A stretch of 64,000 bases of DNA from Candidatus Hydrogenedens terephthalaticus JGI OTU-1 (GTDB taxonomy: Bacteria > Hydrogenedentota > Hydrogenedentia > Hydrogenedentales > Hydrogenedentaceae), in contig AWNW01000008.1 in assembly GCA_000493945.1 (NCBI GenBank), forward strand, positions 466-64,465. The letters run 5' to 3'. The notes beneath the pieces were generated by a model. The model did no database searches. It was not told the DNA's origin and worked only from the letters and a program-made list of their open reading frames with translations. This document shows, one piece after another, positions 37,157 to 47,054 of the stretch (position 1 is its first letter; each line of letters opens with the position of its first letter). The translations under genes were made by a program, and so were the position numbers.

Positions 37157-37606
37157 ATGGATTTAGCAAAAATAGTCAAGATATGTATAGTTTTAGGGAT
37201 TCTTATTATCGGTGTTCCTATTTTAATACAGTTTCTTCCTGCTCCACTAAGTATGGAAAGAATCATAGAAGGATTTAAAAAATCGGATTTAGGTGTAGTT
37301 GAAATACAGGTGGTCAGTCCACCAACGAATGAGGCAATTGCTCAAATAAGTTTTAGGGTAGGAGATGCATTAGTGAATATATATCAGTATGATAATGAAG
37401 GGACTATTGCGAGATATGCAGAGATGTATAAAAAGGACCCGGGTACGGCAATCGTTGAAGCATGGGGACTTGCTCAATCATTAGGGGCGGCTCCTTCAAA
37501 AAACAAACCGGAACGCGTAGCTCGCCGCAAGATGTTTCTCTTAGTTACACAGGGAGAAGACAAGTCGCTTTTAGAGCATATAGTCAAAATTTTTACAACT
37601 CTGTAA
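37157..37606 (+). CDS. hypothetical single-pass membrane protein in the fliQ position
   Basis: 12 nt after fliP with AAGAGG RBS; one N-terminal TM plus a soluble domain; no FliQ motifs (FliQ is about 89 aa with two TMs). Confidence 0.75.
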   Translation: MDLAKIVKICIVLGILIIGVPILIQFLPAPLSMERIIEGFKKSDLGVVEIQVVSPPTNEAIAQISFRVGDALVNIYQYDNEGTIARYAEMYKKDPGTAIVEAWGLAQSLGAAPSKNKPERVARRKMFLLVTQGEDKSLLEHIVKIFTTL

Positions 37607-37638
37607 TATTTTTATCCGAAAAGTATTCTTATCTTTAA

Positions 37639-39678
37639 TTATTCATTCCCTGCTTCACGGGATTTTTCATAGGCAGCAATAATATCTTTGGCAATAAATT
37701 CGGGTACTTCGTCATAATGACTAAATTTCAAATCGAAGGTTCCTCTACCACCCGTCATACTTCTCAAATCAGTTGCATAACGGAGAATTTCTGATTCAGG
37801 AACCAATGCCCGTATTTGCTGTAAGCCACCTCCAACAGGTTCCATCCCTAAAATTCTTCCACGGCGACTATTTAAATCCCCGGTAATATCACCCATAAAA
37901 TCTTCGGGGACAGTTACCGTAATTTCCATAATGGGTTCTAATATACATGGGTTTGCTTCGCGAACACCCTTTTGTATAGCAAGGGAAGCAGCGATTTTGA
38001 AAGCGAGTTCGGAAGAGTCCACCGTATGATAGGAACCGAAGAATAAATCAACAACAATGTCAACGACGGGATGTCCTGAAATCACACCTTTTGCCAGTGC
38101 TTCTTGTGCTCCTTTGTCAACTGCAGGAATGTATTGTTTGGGAACAACACCACCTACGATACTATCTACAAATTTATATCCACCACCGCGTTCATTGGGA
38201 GAAAGTCGAAGGTGGACATCGCCATATTGTCCATGACCTCCGGTCTGTTTCTTGTATTTTCCTTGAACTTCTGCTTTACCACGAATGGTCTCTTTGTAAG
38301 CAACTTTGGGGATACGGGTTTCTGCTTCTACATTATATTTCCGTTTCATTCGATTTAATAGAATTTCAATCTGTAAATCGCCCATCCCACGGATAACATG
38401 TTCACCTGTTTCATTATCCCTGTAATGGCTGAAGGTGGGGTCTTCTTCTGCCATACGATTTAACGCTTCACCAATACGGTCTTCATCGTTCCTTGATTTT
38501 GGAGAAATGGCTAATTTAACCATAGAACGAGGTAATTCAATCGTAGGAAGTTTTATCTCATTGCCCGAAACAGTCAGCGTATCACCGAAATGGGTATTCT
38601 TTAACTTTGTCATTGCGGCAATATCTCCGGGACCTACTTCTGCTATCTGCTTTTGCTCCTTTCCTATCAGCATTACAATTTTACCTGAACGCTCTTTGGT
38701 TTGTGTGGAACTATTATAAAAATCCGAATCCGACCGTAAAGTGCCGGAAAATACACGGAAATAAGTGAGATGTCCTACAAATGGGTCAACCATAGAACGG
38801 AATACCTGAGCCACAAAGGGACCATCGGGGTCAGGTGTTATAACGACATCTTCACCAGCAGAATTCTTTGCCACAACAGTCCGTTCTAACGGATTAGGGA
38901 ATGAATTGGCTATAATGTCAAGCAATTCTTCATGACCAATTCCCTTAGTAACACTACCTGCGATGATTGGGATAATTTTCCCTGTGCTAATTCCTTTCTG
39001 AAGCCCTTTATCAAATTCTTCCTGAGATAATTCAAAAGTTTCCAGATATTTTTCCATAAGTGCTTCGTCTGTTTCCGCAACCACCTCTACGATGGCTTCT
39101 TTTGCCTTTTCTGCTTCGGCTCCTAAAACAGAGGCATCTCCCGTAACAATATTAACAACACCACTCAAGTTTGCGGATTGTCCTATGGGCATTACTATTG
39201 GGACGCAATGTTTGCCATAGGCATTCTGAATCTTTTCAACTACTTCATTAAAATTGGTATGTTCACGGTCTAATTTATTAACAAAAATAGCACGGGGAAT
39301 TTGTCTCTTTTCTGCATATTTCCATGCTATATCCGTTCCTACTTGAACACCTGTAGTTGCATCTACCAGGATAACTAACGCATCGAGAACGGCGGAGGAT
39401 GCACATAACTCTCCGATAAAGTCTGTATAACCCGGATGGTCAACAATATGTATCCGTGTCCCCTTCCAATCTAAATGAACTAATTTCATAGCAATGGAAC
39501 ACTTGCGGTCTTTTTCATCTTCCAGATAATCACAAACAGTGTTTCCATCTTCAATGCTTCCTAAGCGAGTGGTTAGTCCTGCGGAATACAATATTCGTTC
39601 AATTAACATTGTTTTTCCAACACCACCATGTCCTGCAAAACCAACATTACGAACTTTTCTCGGGTCAAATTGTGCCAT
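37639..39678 (-). CDS. fusA: elongation factor G paralogue (EF-G2 type)
   Basis: GHGGVGKT, DHPGYTDF, NKLD, GMGDLQ, KKQTGGHGQYG, DSSELAF, LEPIM, LRSMTGGRG. Confidence 0.92.
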   Translation of the reverse strand: MAQFDPRKVRNVGFAGHGGVGKTMLIERILYSAGLTTRLGSIEDGNTVCDYLEDEKDRKCSIAMKLVHLDWKGTRIHIVDHPGYTDFIGELCASSAVLDALVILVDATTGVQVGTDIAWKYAEKRQIPRAIFVNKLDREHTNFNEVVEKIQNAYGKHCVPIVMPIGQSANLSGVVNIVTGDASVLGAEAEKAKEAIVEVVAETDEALMEKYLETFELSQEEFDKGLQKGISTGKIIPIIAGSVTKGIGHEELLDIIANSFPNPLERTVVAKNSAGEDVVITPDPDGPFVAQVFRSMVDPFVGHLTYFRVFSGTLRSDSDFYNSSTQTKERSGKIVMLIGKEQKQIAEVGPGDIAAMTKLKNTHFGDTLTVSGNEIKLPTIELPRSMVKLAISPKSRNDEDRIGEALNRMAEEDPTFSHYRDNETGEHVIRGMGDLQIEILLNRMKRKYNVEAETRIPKVAYKETIRGKAEVQGKYKKQTGGHGQYGDVHLRLSPNERGGGYKFVDSIVGGVVPKQYIPAVDKGAQEALAKGVISGHPVVDIVVDLFFGSYHTVDSSELAFKIAASLAIQKGVREANPCILEPIMEITVTVPEDFMGDITGDLNSRRGRILGMEPVGGGLQQIRALVPESEILRYATDLRSMTGGRGTFDLKFSHYDEVPEFIAKDIIAAYEKSREAGNE

Positions 39679-39852
39679 CGGATAACTCCATTCTTATTAG
39701 GGTTATAGGATTAAAATTGAATTTAAAAAGAAATTACTGCACGATTATCCATTTTCGTTTAAAATCATAGAGTATGTATTATACTGATTATATATAATAA
39801 TCCTCAAATTCATAAGTAACTGAAAATTTATAATGAATAAGGTATATAAAAT

Positions 39853-40872
39853 ATGTGTTCATCTTTTTTTCCAGGAAGAAGCATAAAACCAGTAATTTGT
39901 TTATTGTCCCTTTTGATATTATTTATTAACCCGTTGCTTTTTTCTGCTGAGAAAATACGCCGCCCTGTTTCGGCAGGGACATTGTATCCGGGAGACTTAC
40001 CGGTATTAAAGGAAACGCTTCAAAAGTTTTTCGAGCAGGTTCCTCCAAGCCCTAATACCAATCACAAACTGGTTGCCTGTGTTGTCCCTCATTCAGGATG
40101 GGGTTTATGTGGAAATTTGATGGCTCGTGCTTTTGCAGAAATTAAAGAAGAGGAGTTTGAGAATGTAATTATTCTGGCTCCTTCCCACATTGCTAAATTT
40201 GCGGGTTGTTCTTTGCCATCCATACAAGGTTTTGCAACACCTTTAGGTGTGGTGCGCGTTGATTATGAAAAATTAGAGCAGATGGCTCTATCTCCTTATA
40301 TAGTGATGCAATCATTGCAGAAATCATTGCGACAGGGAAGAACCGCTATCCATGAAAATGAATATTCCGTAGAAGTAATTTTACCCATGTTACAGTATAA
40401 ACTGAAATCTACAAAGATTATGCCGATTCTTGTTGGGGAATTTGTTGATAATTATGGAAAAGAGAGTTCTAATGTATTTAGAAATATCGTAGAAACATTA
40501 CGAAGATTTATTACCGATAAAACGCTGTTAATTTTAAGTACGGATTTAACATCGTGGGGTGCCTCATTTAACTATACACCGGCACCTGCGGAACAAATGC
40601 TTGAAATGCAAGAAAAATTGGATAAAGAATTGATTGACCTTCTCATGAAGAAAGACCTGTTAGGTTTGCAGGATTATTTTGAAAGGACAAAAAACCCTGT
40701 GTGTGGGAAGAATGCAATGTATCTATTTGTTGCCCTTTTACCCAAGGATGTTCAGGGAACCTTTTTAGGTTATGAGCAATCCGGTAGAAAATTAAATATA
40801 AAAGATACCTCAATAGGATTTACTGCTATTAATTATTACCGTCCTGTTTTATCCGAAGCACCGAACAATTAG
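39853..40872 (+). CDS. AmmeMemoRadiSam protein B / MEMO1-like protein with an N-terminal signal-like segment
   Basis: RRPVSAGTLYP, VPHSG, ILAPSH, F.TPLG, SVEV.LP.LQ, STDLT, PVCG. Confidence 0.85.
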   Translation: MCSSFFPGRSIKPVICLLSLLILFINPLLFSAEKIRRPVSAGTLYPGDLPVLKETLQKFFEQVPPSPNTNHKLVACVVPHSGWGLCGNLMARAFAEIKEEEFENVIILAPSHIAKFAGCSLPSIQGFATPLGVVRVDYEKLEQMALSPYIVMQSLQKSLRQGRTAIHENEYSVEVILPMLQYKLKSTKIMPILVGEFVDNYGKESSNVFRNIVETLRRFITDKTLLILSTDLTSWGASFNYTPAPAEQMLEMQEKLDKELIDLLMKKDLLGLQDYFERTKNPVCGKNAMYLFVALLPKDVQGTFLGYEQSGRKLNIKDTSIGFTAINYYRPVLSEAPNN

Positions 40873-40928
40873 TAAATTTATATAAAATCCTTTAGAACTT
40901 TTTTTACATAATCGCTATGTATAAAGAA

Positions 40929-41630
40929 TTAAATGTCAGCAAGTTCTTTTATAACCATATTGCGGAACATCTGTTCAAAACGAGCACATGCTTTCTGTGC
41001 ATTAGCGACAACCTGTTCATGAGTTAAGATGGAATGATCAAAACAATAATTGGTAACACAAGAAAACATGGCTGTTTTCATACCCATTTCCATAGCCCAA
41101 TACAACTCCGGTCCTCCACTCATACCGATAACATCGCCTCCCATAGATAAAAATAGTCGTAATTCGGATTGCGTTTCATAACATGGTCCCGTTACCCAGA
41201 TATAAGTGCCTTTCGGATGATAGTGATGAAATACCCACGATGGATACATTATTGGAGGAGTAGGAAAAGGTTTATATTGAACCGAAACAAGTTTTTCAAC
41301 GGATACAAAATCTCCAACAGACATGTCTTTATTTAATCCACCCACTGCATTTATAGAGATTAGATGTGTTATTCCTTGTTCTCTAAAATAATTTAAAAAA
41401 GATTTAAATTTTTCAAATTCATACCCCTCATAAGCATGTATCCTGCCACTGCAAATTATTGTGGGTATCGAACCAATAAAGCCATCAATGATTTGATATT
41501 TATGCCCTGCTATTTGTGTTGTGATTTCGGGAAATACATCGAATAAAGATTTTTCCTGACAGTAAACATCTAAAATGTTTGTAAAATTCAAACCCGAGCC
41601 TGTTATGATTGCTAATTTTATGTGTGCCAT
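40929..41630 (-). CDS. purine nucleoside phosphorylase (trimeric PNP/XapA type), compact
   Basis: IITGSGL, GRIHAYEGY, NAVGGL, GPCYET..E, GDVIGMS..PE, VTN. Confidence 0.85.
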   Translation of the reverse strand: MAHIKLAIITGSGLNFTNILDVYCQEKSLFDVFPEITTQIAGHKYQIIDGFIGSIPTIICSGRIHAYEGYEFEKFKSFLNYFREQGITHLISINAVGGLNKDMSVGDFVSVEKLVSVQYKPFPTPPIMYPSWVFHHYHPKGTYIWVTGPCYETQSELRLFLSMGGDVIGMSGGPELYWAMEMGMKTAMFSCVTNYCFDHSILTHEQVVANAQKACARFEQMFRNMVIKELADI

Positions 41631-42658
41631 GGGGAAGGTAAAAACAATTCTTGATATTTATTTAAAGCATATTCATCTGTCATACCTGCAAGAAAATCAA
41701 TAATATTTCTTTCTATAGAATTTTGTGTAAATTCAGGGTCATTTTGTAATATATCTTCGGGAGGATTTTTCATAAAGTAATGGAACAATTCACGGATAAT
41801 CCTCTGGGCTTTGTTAATTTCCCTTGCTATCGGTTCGGATGGATAAAGTTTTTCAAACAAATAAGTCCTTAATTCAACAATAGCATTTAATACATCCGGG
41901 ACAATCTGGATATTGCCCTGTGTAGAACCTTCGATAACCCCGTGAACCATAGTATCAATCTGTTCGGATGCCGTTTTTCCAAGAATAGAAATGGCTTTTG
42001 AAGGTAATTGGTCAATTTTCAAAATTTTTGCACGGACTGCATCGTCAATGTCATGAGTGATATATGCTATTACATCACTTAAACTAACAATAAGTGCTTC
42101 ATAACTTATGTTTTCCGGACAGGGTTGTCCGAAAAGAATGCATTTTCCCCGAGAATGATTTCGAATTCCTTCCCGAACCTCATAAGTGAGATTTAATCCT
42201 TTTTTGCCTTTTCGTCTTTGTTCGAGAATGTCCACAACGCGCAAACTCTGTTCCGCATGGTTAAAACCGAATGAGGATAGTTCATTTAGTGCTCGTTCAC
42301 CCGCATGTCCAAATGGCGTATGACCTAAATCATGCCCTAAAGCAATGGCTTCGGTTAAATCTTCGTTTAACCTCAGAACGCGAGATATGGTGCGGGCAAT
42401 TTGCACCACTTCTAATGTATGTGTAAGCCGCGTTCGATAATGATCCCCTAAAGGAGCAAGAAATACCTGCGTCTTCCGTTTTAATCGGCGGAATGCTTTG
42501 GAATGAATTATACGGTCACGGTCTCGCTGAAAGCAGGTGCGGTAAGGGTCTTCCTTTTCCGGTACTTGTCTCCCTTTGGAATTTATGGCAAGGCATGCTA
42601 ACGGTGATAACCATTCTTTTTCTTTTGCTTCATATAATTCACGGAAAAGGATAGTCAT
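41618..42658 (-). CDS. dgt: deoxyguanosinetriphosphate triphosphohydrolase (HD domain)
   Basis: FQRDRDRIIHSKAFRRLKRKTQVF, RTRLTHTLEV, GHDLGHTPFGHAGE, DVIAY..HDIDD, DFLAGMTD. Confidence 0.95.
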   Translation of the reverse strand: MTILFRELYEAKEKEWLSPLACLAINSKGRQVPEKEDPYRTCFQRDRDRIIHSKAFRRLKRKTQVFLAPLGDHYRTRLTHTLEVVQIARTISRVLRLNEDLTEAIALGHDLGHTPFGHAGERALNELSSFGFNHAEQSLRVVDILEQRRKGKKGLNLTYEVREGIRNHSRGKCILFGQPCPENISYEALIVSLSDVIAYITHDIDDAVRAKILKIDQLPSKAISILGKTASEQIDTMVHGVIEGSTQGNIQIVPDVLNAIVELRTYLFEKLYPSEPIAREINKAQRIIRELFHYFMKNPPEDILQNDPEFTQNSIERNIIDFLAGMTDEYALNKYQELFLPSPWHT

Positions 42659-42679
42659 AAAAAAGGTCCTGTTAAAGAG

Positions 42680-44032
42680 TTAATTTATATATGAAGCGGA
42701 AGGACATGTCTCTGCAATAAACATTCCCTGAGCCGAAGGAAGTCCTAAATATTTCTGATAGTATTGTTTTTCAACATTTTCCATAAAATAATCTACTTTT
42801 GCACGAGGAACAAGGCTAACGGTACATCCTCCAAAGCCGGCACCCGTAAGACGCGAGCCAATGGCTCCGTATTTGCGGGCAATTTGAGTAAGTATATCCA
42901 GTTCGGGAATACTTATTTCATAATTATCAGCACAACTGGAATGAGATTCGTTCATCAACCTGCCAAAAGTATATGCATCGTTTGCTAATAATGCGTCTCG
43001 AGATAGTTCTACGCGTTTATGTTCTGTTATTACATGTTGTATACGAGCTCTTAAAGGAAAGCCCTTCTCAGGTTCTTCAATCTCGCCTAACCATAATTTA
43101 CGAACATCCTGTGGGGTTATATCCAGAAGATAAGCAATTTCTTTCAATGATAGATATTCTTTGGGAATAGCCTGTTCGGTAAAATCAAGAATTTCATTAA
43201 AGGTAAGGCACAGGTCACCCGACCATAAATCCCCCAATCGTTTAATGTGTAAATCATTGTCAAATTCATTCCGCAAATGTTTTTCTAAAAGGGCACATGC
43301 AAGAAAACACATGCGCGGTCCTGCATTATACCGATGCAAACAAGCCCCCGTTTTTTGAGCACGTATAGTTGAATCGCAAACGATAAAAACATAGTCTTCA
43401 AACAAGGGAATAAGGGCTGTTCGAATAGGGAAAAAATCAATTTTACAGGCATGTCCTTCCTCACCATTCAATATAACCGTTTGGTCCATTCCACCGCCTT
43501 TAGTCCCTACAAAATGTTCTCCTTCCGCCATAAGTTCTGCCAGTTCCAATCGTGATATATCCCTACCTAATTCCTTGCCTAATATCTTTAAGTATGCCAG
43601 TGAAGCAGTTATGACAAGAGCCGATGAGGAACTTAATCCTGTTGCAATGGGTAAGGTGCTTTTTATGAATAAATTGAACCCCGGAAAGGTTCGAACTTTA
43701 AATTTTTTGTTTAACGCAATCACACCTGCTTTAATATAGTTGTCCCATGACCCTGTAGGAGAAGGTAAAATTTCAGGTTGATTTAAAAAAGACAACGGTT
43801 GAAATCGAGGGTCTTCATTGAAAAGATGTATTTCATTATCATCTCGTCGGGAAAAAGCACATTGAACTTCTTTCTTGATAGTTACGGGAAGCACAGAGAA
43901 ACCATTGTAATCTGTATGCTCTCCAATTAAATTAACTCTCCCTGGAACTCGACAAAAACCGATATTCTCAGAGTTAAAAAAATGTCCGGGTAATTTATTC
44001 TTTATCATTGTTGATGTTAAAGTATCTGACAT
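42680..44032 (-). CDS. galK: galactokinase (GHMP family)
   Basis: PGRVNLIGEHTDYNG, GLSSSSAL, GGMDQ, GSRLTGAGFGGC. Confidence 0.9.
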   Translation of the reverse strand: MSDTLTSTMIKNKLPGHFFNSENIGFCRVPGRVNLIGEHTDYNGFSVLPVTIKKEVQCAFSRRDDNEIHLFNEDPRFQPLSFLNQPEILPSPTGSWDNYIKAGVIALNKKFKVRTFPGFNLFIKSTLPIATGLSSSSALVITASLAYLKILGKELGRDISRLELAELMAEGEHFVGTKGGGMDQTVILNGEEGHACKIDFFPIRTALIPLFEDYVFIVCDSTIRAQKTGACLHRYNAGPRMCFLACALLEKHLRNEFDNDLHIKRLGDLWSGDLCLTFNEILDFTEQAIPKEYLSLKEIAYLLDITPQDVRKLWLGEIEEPEKGFPLRARIQHVITEHKRVELSRDALLANDAYTFGRLMNESHSSCADNYEISIPELDILTQIARKYGAIGSRLTGAGFGGCTVSLVPRAKVDYFMENVEKQYYQKYLGLPSAQGMFIAETCPSASYIN

Positions 44033-44199
44033 AATTTACTCTACTTCTCTAAAAGTTCTGTTGTATTTATATTGCAAAATGTATTCTTATAAAACTACGG
44101 ATACTAATTATACAATTTTTACAAAGGTGAAATTATTATTTATTCTGCCCGTTTATTTAAAATTGTAAACAAAGAAATACTTTATAAGGGAAATATTGG

Positions 44200-45186
44200 G
44201 TGAAAAAGAGATTATATATCATTAGCCCATTTCGGTTGGCAGAATATCCATGGAATTGGAAAGTATATTACTGTGTAGAACTTTTTTCGGCGTTATTCCG
44301 ACGAGGTTATATCGTTAATTGGCTTCAACCGGGAAAGAACCTTTACAACTTCAATTTGTTCCCATCACTTTCACATTGGAGAAATTTCTTTGTTATTAAT
44401 ATAGGGAATTCCTTGACCTATCGCTGGTTAATGCCTTTTTTCTTATCACGATTAAAACGGGTAAGCAAGGATATTAAGCCATTTACGCTAATTGAAATTA
44501 TTGATGGAAACCCATTTGAATTAGATATAGATGAAGCCTTTGTAAATATACCCATTATTTTTTCACTGAGAAATCAATGGATTGCTTCAAATGACTTTCC
44601 AGGTCCTGTTATCATTCCACAAAAAGAAATATTAAAGGATTTAATTTACAAAGGTGTGCCAGAAAAATATTTAAATTACATCCCCATGGGTGTATGTTCT
44701 AATGTAAATGAAATAACAAACACAGAAAAGCAAATTCAAAAGAGAATACTTATTTTAGATAAAGATCGACAAAGACACTTAAAATCACTTGCTGAACAAA
44801 TAGAAAAAGAAAAACCTCATTACGATATTCTCTATATAGGCAATAAGGATTTAAATACCATCCCTGCGGAAGAATTTCATGACTGGATACAAAAGATTAT
44901 TGATGGAAGGGAAATCATCGCTGTATTAAGTAAAAATTTATATCACATAGGAATGGAATTCATATCAAAAGGAGCAAAAGTTTTTGTCCCTGCATTAGAT
45001 TTGCCTTTTGAGGGAGATAATGAAAATTTATTTTTTTATGACACCCCGATGGATATACCAAACCGTATATATACTTTGTTAAAACAAAAACCCACATTTT
45101 CACATAACAATAAAACACTTTTTTCTACATGGGAGGAAGGAAGTATACAATTGGAAAAATTGCTTACAGAACTGATTAACGAATAA
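44200..45186 (+). CDS. degenerate GT4-like (GT-B fold) protein
   Basis: YCVEL..ALFRRGY.V, KDLI.KGVP...L.YIPMGV and C-terminal FS.WE resemble GT4 scaffolds; the acidic ExxxxxxxE signature is missing. Confidence 0.55.
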   Translation: MKKRLYIISPFRLAEYPWNWKVYYCVELFSALFRRGYIVNWLQPGKNLYNFNLFPSLSHWRNFFVINIGNSLTYRWLMPFFLSRLKRVSKDIKPFTLIEIIDGNPFELDIDEAFVNIPIIFSLRNQWIASNDFPGPVIIPQKEILKDLIYKGVPEKYLNYIPMGVCSNVNEITNTEKQIQKRILILDKDRQRHLKSLAEQIEKEKPHYDILYIGNKDLNTIPAEEFHDWIQKIIDGREIIAVLSKNLYHIGMEFISKGAKVFVPALDLPFEGDNENLFFYDTPMDIPNRIYTLLKQKPTFSHNNKTLFSTWEEGSIQLEKLLTELINE

Positions 45187-46204
45187 AAACTTTTTGGTTG
45201 GAGTGTGCGGATTTATAAATAGCGTCTAATACTTCCATATATTTTAATCCATCTTCAAAATTAGGATGATACTCTTTACCCATAGACACGGCTTCAATAA
45301 AATCTTTTTCCACAGACCAATTTTTTACATCGTAAAAGTCTTCTTCTTGTGGAACAATAATTTTTCTTTCTCCATTTTTAGCCAGTTCATAGAGTTTATC
45401 TTCGAGTACATCATAATAGAGCGTTTTATATTGAGCATGAATTTCTACACTTTCCTGAGGATAGATTGACATACCGGATATGGTCAGTTGGGCTATGGTT
45501 CCACAAACAAGTTCTAATTGAGCCTGTACCTGGTCTGGAACCTGTATTTCTACAATTTCTCCTTCGGGTGTCTTTCGTGTGGGTGTAAAAATCTGATAAT
45601 TTCCACAAACGCTTTTTGTCCATCCAAACCAACGATGTATCAATTCAATATACATCCCTAAAGTTAACACATTTTGTCCGGAGAGCCGATGGTCTTTACG
45701 CCAATGCAAAGGTTTATTAGGGTCAAGGTTAAAATCATTAAAACTGTTCACTTTTACAAAATATATTTCTCCAAGAATTCCTTCCCGTCTCATTCGAGCA
45801 ATCGTTTTATCATAAGTCATACCGAAAGGCACCGGGCACAATCCAGCAACTTTACCTGTTCGACAAGCAGTTTCATACATTTGTTGTGCTTCTAAAAGAT
45901 TCATTGCCATACGAGCCTGACAAAATACATGTTTTCCCGCTTTTAGTGCGGAAATACTTACAGGAGCATGGAGATAAGGCCAGGTGCCGATCCATACAAT
46001 ATCTACTTCCGGGTCATTGACCAATTCTGCCCATGAGGAATATACACGGGGAATTTTATATTCCTGAGCTACTTTTTTACTCGATTGTTCTGTCCTATTT
46101 ATAACGCCAATAATTTGAACATTGGGTAGTTTCATTAATCCGGGAATATGTCGTTCCCTGCATATATTTCCCAACCCTACAAAAGCAACTTTAAATTTCA
46201 TCAT
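45176..46204 (-). CDS. Gfo/Idh/MocA family oxidoreductase
   Basis: VAFVGLGNI, DIVWIGTWP.LH, GKHVFCQARMA. Confidence 0.9.
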   Translation of the reverse strand: MMKFKVAFVGLGNICRERHIPGLMKLPNVQIIGVINRTEQSSKKVAQEYKIPRVYSSWAELVNDPEVDIVWIGTWPYLHAPVSISALKAGKHVFCQARMAMNLLEAQQMYETACRTGKVAGLCPVPFGMTYDKTIARMRREGILGEIYFVKVNSFNDFNLDPNKPLHWRKDHRLSGQNVLTLGMYIELIHRWFGWTKSVCGNYQIFTPTRKTPEGEIVEIQVPDQVQAQLELVCGTIAQLTISGMSIYPQESVEIHAQYKTLYYDVLEDKLYELAKNGERKIIVPQEEDFYDVKNWSVEKDFIEAVSMGKEYHPNFEDGLKYMEVLDAIYKSAHSNQKVFIR

Positions 46205-46222
46205 GTATTGAATTCTCGATAT

Positions 46223-47047
46223 TTATTTCATTTTATTTTTTAAAAATTCAGATAGCCGTTTCGGAAAATCCGTATTTAAAAAATCTACTCCTTCATTATA
46301 CAAAACTTCCCAGCATTCTAAAGTTTGTGGGGCACCCCAAAAACGGACTTTTCTGCCTTGTTTGTGTGATTTGGAAACGATTTCTTTTAGTTTATTCAAT
46401 TCCTGTGGAGGCATATCTCCTTTTCCTATCCAGGTAAAAATGGAGAACCATGAATTACTAATCCATGGAACAAGGTCAGGTGAAGGATTTGTATCTAAAT
46501 CTCCTAATCTACCATCAATGAAAACATAACGGTCCTTTTCTTTTTCTATCGTTTCTCGAGGAACAGCCCCAGAAATAACAACGGTTACAGCTCCCTCAAC
46601 TTTTTCTCCATTTTCTATACGAGTAAGAAACTTTTTATAGGGTAATAATTGTTCTTTCAGAAGTGTGTAGGTGCTTTCTGGTTCGCTTTTTATATCTATC
46701 AATAGCCAGAATTCAGAAGGGACTGCATATACATGCCCATTATTTTTCTGAACACGCTCAAAAATGGGTTTTAAATACATATTGACAAGGTTCTTTTCAG
46801 GTTTGCATTTATCCAAATCATGAGCAACCAACAAATCACCATTAACGATATGTATATCCGCCTCAATACTACAAAAACCGTTATTCAATGCATCAAGAAG
46901 AGGTTGCGGACGAAGATAATCATTATGAGAATGTGCCTGTTTCAAAGGGATAACATTCTTTTCTGCATAAATTATTAATGTTATAGCAGAAGCAAGAATA
47001 ATAAAAATGTAGATGGATAATTTTTTTTGCATAATACTCTTTAACAT
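46223..47047 (-). CDS. exported PLC-like/GDPD-superfamily phosphodiesterase (AIM6-like)
   Basis: Signal peptide; AHSHNDY, GFCSIEADI, LLIDIK, VRFWGAP, G.DFLNTD. Confidence 0.8.
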   Translation of the reverse strand: MLKSIMQKKLSIYIFIILASAITLIIYAEKNVIPLKQAHSHNDYLRPQPLLDALNNGFCSIEADIHIVNGDLLVAHDLDKCKPEKNLVNMYLKPIFERVQKNNGHVYAVPSEFWLLIDIKSEPESTYTLLKEQLLPYKKFLTRIENGEKVEGAVTVVISGAVPRETIEKEKDRYVFIDGRLGDLDTNPSPDLVPWISNSWFSIFTWIGKGDMPPQELNKLKEIVSKSHKQGRKVRFWGAPQTLECWEVLYNEGVDFLNTDFPKRLSEFLKNKMK

Positions 47048-47054
47048 TGTGTAT

